Of a stretch of 64,000 nucleotides of DNA, positions 54,892 through 64,000 are shown piece after piece. The position numbers were made by a program, and so were the translations under genes. The notes under the pieces were generated by a model. The model worked only from the letters and a program-made list of their open reading frames with translations. It ran no database searches and was not told the DNA's origin. Origin of the DNA: the human T2T-CHM13v2.0 reference genome, Homo sapiens; the NCBI RefSeq assembly GCF_009914755.1, contig NC_060941.1; one strand, written 5' to 3'. Within the stretch, counting starts at the first letter, position 1. Every line of letters begins with the position of its first letter.

Positions 54892-55026
54892 TTTTTTTTT
54901 TTTTTTTGTAGAGACAAGGTCTTGCACGTTGTCTAGGCTGGTATCGAAGACCTGGCCTCAAGCAATCCTCTCGCCTCAGTTTCCCAAAGTGCTGGGATTA
55001 CAGACATGAGCCACCATGCCCAGCCA
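54892..55026 (-). mobile_element. Alu left monomer (FLAM-like)
   Basis: Single arm. Confidence 0.85.
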
Positions 55027-55029
55027 ATT

Positions 55030-56180
<1,151 letters not shown>

Positions 56181-59100
56181 GGAAAACTTTTAAAAAAATC
56201 CCTGTTTGTCAGTCGCCTCCTACTGGTTTTACTGAATAGGCTGTGACTGACTGCATTGCTCACCAGTGTCCAGGCCCCAAGAGTATGGTGTTTGCAGGGC
56301 CTCGCTCTTAGGGGAGTAGCACTGACTTACTATCTCTGTGGCCTTTTGGTTTGTGTTTTCTCATTGACGTCTGATGGGCAGCAATTTTATTTTTTCCTTT
56401 AGAACACATGAAAGGCCTATTATTGTCTTTTAGCTAAATTTCAGCTCCATGAAAGCAGGAATCATCTTTGTATTGCCACAGCATAAGAACAGCTTTATAC
56501 CTAACAGGCATGCAATAAATGCATGTGATCTACCACATTTCTATGTATTCTATAAAACCTCAACCGATTAGTATGTTCAGCAAGTTAAACCACTATAAGC
56601 AAAATAAGTCTTTCATATTAGTGTTATAATGTGTAGTGGCTTTCTGAAGCAAAAGGAGTGGTTCAATTTTCCTACCTTTTTAGTTTTCCCCAATGTAGAT
56701 GCCCCTCTCCCTCCCTCCCTGTCAAAATTCTTTACATGGGCTAAAATTAAACTAGTAATTCTAAGTACTATAAAGTCATATTATGTTAGGAATGCTCTTC
56801 TGAGCTGCATAAACCTGCTTTATCTATTGAGAAAGGCATATTTTACCAATGGGTCAGGTAGAAAATGAAGTTACTCAAAAGTTGATTACATGTTCCAATG
56901 GTCTTGACTTCTCATATTTGCATCTTATGCTGTTGGTTAAATTTGGGTGGGTTCTTTTCCTTACCAACACTGATTTCTCAATTTCTTAGACGCGCATACT
57001 ATTTTAGAAGGCTTAAATCCCAGACACTGAGACATTATTAAAATTAGGAACCGGTCAAAAATCAGCCAGAAAATCTTGAAGCCCAGGCATGGTAATCTGT
57101 AGTTCAATCTAAAAAGCTCTTTAAGCTTCTCCTTTCATAATTCAATATTCCTGACTGTGTACATTAGCTGATTAGACTGTGTGATGATGGCCAATCTGAA
57201 TGAGAAGGGACATAGCTAGATTTGGATCCATGCACAGGGAACATTCCCTAGAATGATGAACAGCTAGGAGTCAGGTTTCTAAACAGTCTCATTTCCGCTT
57301 CTTTATCATATTCATAGACCAGTCTGTGCACAGCCAGGGCCCAGCTCTGTCTTCCTTCTAGAAAAGACTGGAGTCCTTGCATTTCTAATCTACTAACGTG
57401 TGGTTCTTGCACTTTTAATTTATGAGTGTTAAGGGGGACCTTTCTGACTTGGGAACATATTGGCTCGGTCTAATGCTTGGAGATTATTAAACTTGGAGCT
57501 ATGCTCCACTATCAAGTCTACAGATCTTTTATTTAGAAGATATGGTGCTCTAAATGCACAAAGAGCTCCCTGTCACCTTCACATTAAAGCCCCTAGTGCC
57601 TGGTAAATGGAATTATATAGCTGTCATCTCCTTTCCCCAAAGTTGTAAGAGTACAATGGGCTCATTTTTTCACACTCCATCCCAGCTTCAGAACTAAGAG
57701 ACCTACTTTGTATTGATTTAAGGTCTCAGAAATAAATAAACCTGCTTCACCACTGTGATTCACAACAAATTCATGATACACTATTGCATGATATATTTCA
57801 AGCTCTTGCTCTGGCTCTCTTTTTCTTCTGGTGAGTAATGGGGGAGGTGGGAGGTGGTAGGGAGCTGCAAAGCTGACAGCCTGATGGTTATTGGAGATGG
57901 TTGCTGACTGCAAATCCAAGAATAGACACTGTTGGAGGAGTACGGGAATTTTTTTACAACTAGGGGGCAGGGGTGATAAGCTAATTTACTTGGGCTTCAG
58001 GCTGGGGTTGGGGGAGAAGAAAGGCTGAAGAGAGGAGAGGGGTTGACAGAGTAGCAAAGCTTCAAGTGAGCACTGATCTGCAAAGACAGAGCTATGAATA
58101 TATGTAGAAAGAGAGACAGGTGAAGAAAATTCAACATATGAAGGTGTAACACACAACTGAATATAAAATGAAGAAGACGAAGAAACCAATCTTCCTAAGG
58201 AACCGTGTGTACAGAGCTAAGTGGGCCCTTAGCTTGAGTTCAGAGACAATGTTTTATTAGAAACAGACAGTGTAGAGACCCTACATGCCACCCAAAGTGT
58301 GAGGTAGAGGCATTTCTTCATTCTAATACTCAGGACACATCAGAACCCTGGAGGTGGAAATGGACAATGGATATAGGGTAGAGATATAATGAAGGTCCAC
58401 ATGGATGAAGTGAGCCAGAGACTGTTCACTGAGGCAAGAGGGTAATACATTCTAGCAGTTTAGCTTGTGTTTGTGTACCCTTGGGGTTTGAGTACCTAAG
58501 TCTACATCACCTTTACTGATTCCACCAAATCTTAGGCCCAATGAGTTTTAGCTGGTATCTACAAATATAGCAGTCAAAAAGAAATATCCTCCAACCTTAT
58601 TTCAGGATCTGGACTTTCAACAAGGCAGAGGAGGAGAAAGCAGGAGATAATCGGGCTCCGAAGGTACTGCATGGCACTGCAGGAGACCCCTAAGGTTCCA
58701 AGGAGTACTTCCAAGTGGAATTAAGTTTTAACTGTTTCTCTTGTTTCTTCTACTTATTTCACATTTTTAACTGGCAAAGTTATTTATGAATCCAATTTCT
58801 TTTCTATCTTGGAATAGCATTTTCATCTTCACTACATTTGTTCTTGAGACAAGACCAGACTCTGAACACAAAAGTACATGAGAAAGATTTTGGTTCCATT
58901 CAATTTCCAATTGGTCATATCACAAAACTGGGAGTTTCTTTGTTAAATTTGAACACTGTCTTTAAAGAGTGATCAGTCTCTGTACAGGGAAACAGACTTT
59001 AGCCAAATATAAAAAAGAATTCACAGATGAATACATAGATGAATGGGATTGGCTCCAAAAGTACTCAGCTCCCATTCAGTTGAATTTTTCACACATAATT

Positions 59101-59549
59101 GGGTGAATATTTAGCAATGGTGTCACAGAGGAGATTCACACAACAATTGTGTGGTTGAACTTTTGAGGATCCTCCCACTCTCAAGATTTATAATTCTACA
59201 GCCACTTGTGATTGTGAACAACATATAGTGTTTACTTTTCTGTAATCTGGATAAGAAACAAAATTAAAAAAAATTTTAAATCATCATGCTCTTCAACTTC
59301 CATTCCTGGTCTCACGAGTATGTAATAATTTTATATATCACTAATATGTAATTTTATATATAATACCCTAATACGCAATAACTTTAAAAATTCCCCACCT
59401 CCTATCTATTCACTCCCCAGCCTAAAACAGTTCCCTGGCTACAGATCAATATGCATCTTTATAGCATCACAGAATACTAGATATTGAACAGAATTTAAGA
59501 TTAAGAGATCCTCTGGTCTTCTACTTAAAAAAAACAAGCAAACCAAAAA

Positions 59550-60388
59550 CAGGCTTAATTCACTTTATTTTTCTTATGTAAAAACTCTGTGTTGTAGCCA
59601 CAGTTGGAGCCTGGGTCCCCTGCATGGAGACTCTGGTGTGGGTCTTGATGAGGTGGTCAGTGAATTCCTGACAGGAAGACTTGATGAATACAGTCTCCTT
59701 CCAGAGGTCGGGGGTCAGGTAGCTGTAGGTTTTAGAGATGGCATCAAAGATGGCCTTGAGAAAGTTCCCTAGGGTGGCAGTGCAGCCCCTGGCTGAGGTG
59801 TAGCAGTCATCAATACTGGCCATCATCAGCAGCTTCTTGGGCACCAGGGCCGAGATGATGCCAGTGCCCCGGGTGCAGGGATGAGGCGCACCAGCACAGA
59901 GCCACAGCCACCTGTCACCTTGCAAGGAATGGTGTGGGCCTTCTTCTCCCAGTAGCCTCTGTGCATGGGGACAATGAAGAGCTTGGCCAGGATGATGGCC
60001 CCATGGATGGCAGTGGCCACCTCCCTGAAGTACTTAACACCCAGACCAACATGGCCATTGTAGTCCCTGATGGCAACAAACATCTTGAACCTGATGTGCT
60101 GGCAAGCACGCGTCTGCTTCTGCACTGGCATAATCTTCAAAACCTCATCCTTGAGAGAGGTCCCCACGAAAAAGTTAGTGATCTCAGATTCCTTGATGGG
60201 CAGGGAGAAGAGATAGATCTCCTCCAGGGACTTGATCTTCATGTCCTTGACCAGGTGGCCCAACTTGGTCATCCATTCCTTGCCCTCAGCCTTGCCTCCA
60301 TGAGCTCTGTGGGGCCCAGGCCCTGTTCACGGCCATGGTCCCAGCCCTGGATGCCACTGCCAAAGGTTCCACGGTTCCCCATCTCAGG
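59550..60388 (-). pseudogene. Processed pseudogene of ribosomal protein S2 (RPS2-like), 5'-truncated and frameshifted
   Basis: ORFs 59826-60272 and 59560-59925 give RPS2/uS5 peptides in different frames ([29 protein letters not shown]; [14 protein letters not shown]); intronless; stop mutated TAG>CAG at 59589-59587; 3'UTR AATAAA at 59569-59564. Confidence 0.95.
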
Positions 60389-60540
60389 CACCCCCACACC
60401 TGGCTAATTTTTTAATTATTTTGTAGAGGGGGTCTTGCTTCTTGCTATATTGGCCAGCCTGGTCTTGAACTCCTGGCCTCAAGCCATCCTCCTTCCTTGG
60501 CCTCCCAAAGTGCTTGGATTATAGGATTACCACGCCAACC
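60385..60540 (-). mobile_element. Alu left arm fused to the 5' end of the RPS2 pseudogene
   Basis: cacacctggctaatttt...ctcccaaagtgcttggattatagg. Confidence 0.85.
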
Positions 60541-60666
60541 TGATTTTCTACTTTAAAATGGGAAATGTATTATGCCTTCCATTTCACAAAGAGGAAACTA
60601 ACATCTAAATAGATTAAAGCCCAAAGTTGCTTACCTAGTAAATGTCAGGGAGAAGAACAATCAAAA

Positions 60667-60969
<303 letters not shown>

Positions 60970-61979
60970 AAGTTTTTTTTGTTTTTTTTTGTTTTTTTTT
61001 TTTTAATCTAAAGGTTCTGTAACTCCAAAAAATTTGAGCACATTCATAATAGGTTGTCAAACATGATAATTTCCGAGTCTGTATTCAATGCCCCAAATAG
61101 AGTCTCAGAGCTTTCACTTTATCTAGAAGCTCTGGACTGGTACTTGCTGTAGGGTCTCCCAAATTCTTAGACTCTAAGCCACCATATATGCATGGGCTCT
61201 CTTAGAGTCAGAGACAACTTCTGCAGTGGAGCTCTGTGTGGCGATTCCACCCTGCAAGATCTCCAAACCAGAGCACTCAGGATTGTTGGCAGGTCACTAA
61301 GGCAGACTAATAGAGTCAAAACATAACCTGGTATAGTTTTCTACCAAACTTGAGGAATATTGAATGAAAAACAAACAAAATAATCCCCCCAAATGGGGCC
61401 AGATTTACCAATATTTTATGTGTGGGGAGGGAGCGCTTGAAAATTAGGGAGATCTGTCCATTGTGCAATAATTTCTGAGAATTCATTCATAATGCTAAAG
61501 CAAGGATTACTCAGAAAGGAAGCTAAAATGCCCTCTTTAGAAAGGAGAGTGATCCCATCTGGAGCTATGGGAGTACAGGGACTGTCTATTGTGAAAATAG
61601 GTAGTTAGGGACTTTTAAAAATGCAAATTGCTAGACTGATCCTTAGAGTGATTATGAGCTATTGTATCAACGAGTCCTTGGGGACTCTTGTAGACAGATG
61701 ACTGACATATATACTACCCTGTCACGACTGAACATCGTGCCTCTCACATTAATGGCTTTCCAAAGTGCGTTGATTGTTGCTAGATACATCTATTGGGAAA
61801 GTCAATACATGAATGTACTGCCACAGTGAGGACTGTCATCTAACATTTTCTTGAAGAAATTTTTGCCTTCAAAGAATCAGAAAGTATAGAGAATAATGTG
61901 TTCGTATTTCCTTTCCAGAACCAGGATAAGAAATTGCAATGAGAAGGAACCCTAAATGAACCTTAGAGAAGACTATGGC

Positions 61980-62175
61980 AGTGCCAATGTTTTACCTATT
62001 TTGGCTCATTTAATTCTCACAGCGACTCTGGTACACAGATACTATTATTACTCATCTTTTACAGTTAATAAAACTGTAGCCCAGAGAGGTTAAATAAATT
62101 GCCCGAGGTCACACAACTAAGTAGGTGGTAGAGCCAAGAATTAAACCTGGGCAGCCTGGCTCTAGCCTCTCCATG
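61980..62175 (-). mobile_element. MIR
   Basis: cccagagaggttaaataaattgcccgaggtcacacaactaagtaggtggtagagcc. Confidence 0.75.
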
Positions 62176-62186
62176 CTCATAACATC

Positions 62187-63348
62187 TTTTTTTTTTTTTT
62201 AACTAATAAAAAAATTGTAATTTACTTAGAAGCATTCAGAATGCCAACAAAACAGCTGCAACTTTTTTTTTTTTTTTGCAATTACAGAGTGGTATTCAGT
62301 TAACAGAACAATTGTTTCATATAAGCTGCATCAGAGACAATTGAAAATGAAAAAACTACCAACCCCATATATAACTTACATGTGCTGTGCACCAATAAGA
62401 ACCTGCTTAAAATTTTTATGCCAATTTACAACCCCCATCCTGTACCAGGCAAGGTTAGTGGCTATGAAAATACCACCAGGACAGGGCTATCTAAAGACAC
62501 TTTTGGTAGTGTGTTAACTATACAAAAGAAGACACCATACAGTTTAAAAAAATTCTTACACAGCCTTACATTTCAATTTTTTTCTTTAAAAGGAGTGAGT
62601 TGTATACAGGGGGGTTAAATGCTTTATAGACAAGAAAAAAATCTGTGCTAGAACCAACTTATTCATCATCATCATCTTCTTCATCTTCCTCCTCCTCATC
62701 CTCTTCATCTTCCTCATCTTCCTTGTTTTTCTTGCTTTTTCGGCCTTGGCAACTCCCTTTTTTGCTGCATCAGGCTTTCCTTTAGCTCAATATGCAGCAG
62801 TATCCTTTTCGTATTTTTCCTTCAGCTTCGCAGCCTTCTTTTCATAAGGCTGCTTGTCATCTGCAGCAGTGTTATTCCACATCTCTCCCAGTTTCTTTGC
62901 AACATCACCAATGGACAAGCCAGGATGTTCTCCTTTGATTTTTGGGCGATACTCAGAATACAACAGGAAGAACGCTGAAGGAAGCCTCTTGGGTGCATTG
63001 GGATCCCTGAACTTCTTTTTTGTCTCCCCTTCAGGAGGGACGTAGGTTTTCATTTCTCTTTCATAATGGGTCTTGTCTGTCTTTGCCATATCTTCAAATT
63101 TTCCCTTCTGTTTAGCAGACATGGTCTTCCACCTCTCTGAGCACTTCTTAGAAAACTGAGAAGTTGACTGAAGCATCTGGATGCTTCTTATGCTCCTCCC
63201 AACAAGTTTGCACAAAAAATGCGTATGACAACATCTTGCCTCTAGGCTTCTTAGGATCTCCTTTGCCCATGTTTAGTTGTTTTTCCACAGCGAGGCACAG
63301 AGTCACCCAGTGCCTGTCTGGCTCTCGCTTGCCCCGGCGCTGTCTCTA
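62187..63348 (-). pseudogene. HMGB1P24: Processed HMGB1 pseudogene (probably HMGB1P24)
   Basis: ATG at 63270 ([13 protein letters not shown]), 2-nt deletion frameshift near SVNFSEF, CGA>TGA stop at 62789-62787, shortened acidic tail, TAA at 62661-62659, UTRs, poly(A) remnant at 62187-62200, degenerate TSD tcataacatctt/tcgtaacctctt. The pseudogene number is recalled, not verified. Confidence 0.92.
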
Positions 63349-64000
63349 TCGTAACCTCTTTAAGTTATGTGAAAGTTACAATGCTGCCCGCCCCACAGTG
63401 AGAGCTAAGTAATCTCTCCTTCCCTTCTTGAGCCTCCATGACTTTCATGCTGTGTTTCACAGAGTCATGGGTGGGTGAGCATGGAGACTACACAGTGCAG
63501 GTCCCTGGTGTAACAGACAATTCCCACTCCTGAGAGGAACTCTGGTACTGTGCCTAACAGAGTCAGCTATGACAACTTCACATTTCATACTGCATAGCTG
63601 CAGAAAAATACATATATGAGAACCAGAGAGAAATGTAACTTACTTGCACCAAGTCTCAAAAGCAAGATTAGCAGAATTAGCCCCCTACCAAACTAATGGC
63701 CCTAGTCATACCCATCACATAACTTCTTTTTTCCTGGCAGATTCAGTGGAAATAGGGGCCTGATCTCGCTAAGGGGGATGAGAGTATAGGATTTTTTTTT
63801 TTCTAAAAAAGAAGCAGAGCTTTAAAATACAAGAAAAGTCACATATCATCTCCTGGTGAATCTATCACCTGCATATCACTGCCTTTGGCATATACCTTAC
63901 CTTCACAGTCAGTTAATGTCCACAGGACAACCATAAACTGCATATTCTTATTTCTCTGGATAGAGAATGTGCTCTCTCTCCCCAAGTCTGGGGCAATGGA

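Noticed and set aside
59934-60407. 157-aa plus-strand ORF
   Set aside because: Antisense shadow of the RPS2 pseudogene.

Overview
Primate (almost certainly human, 17q12) genomic DNA containing the 3' end of acetyl-CoA carboxylase alpha (ACACA) on the minus strand. I mapped 11 coding exons with GT-AG boundaries and consistent phases. Together they encode the C-terminal carboxyltransferase region ([15 protein letters not shown]...STMDSPST*), followed by a ~2.3 kb 3'UTR with two AATAAA signals. Positions 49198-64000 are intronic and hold two sense-oriented processed pseudogenes (RPS2-like and HMGB1-like). The introns contain many Alu, L1, L2 and MIR copies, a MER30 inserted inside an Alu, a MADE1 MITE, a 15-bp G-rich minisatellite, and several repeat-free, homeobox-site-rich blocks that may be long-range enhancers. 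The most unusual item is a composite retro-insertion at 49370-49588: an inverted 5' half of elongator tRNA-Met (nt 1-37) joined head-to-head to an L1PA 3' end inside one target-site duplication. Repeat family names and reference comparisons are from memory of consensus sequences; no searches were run.
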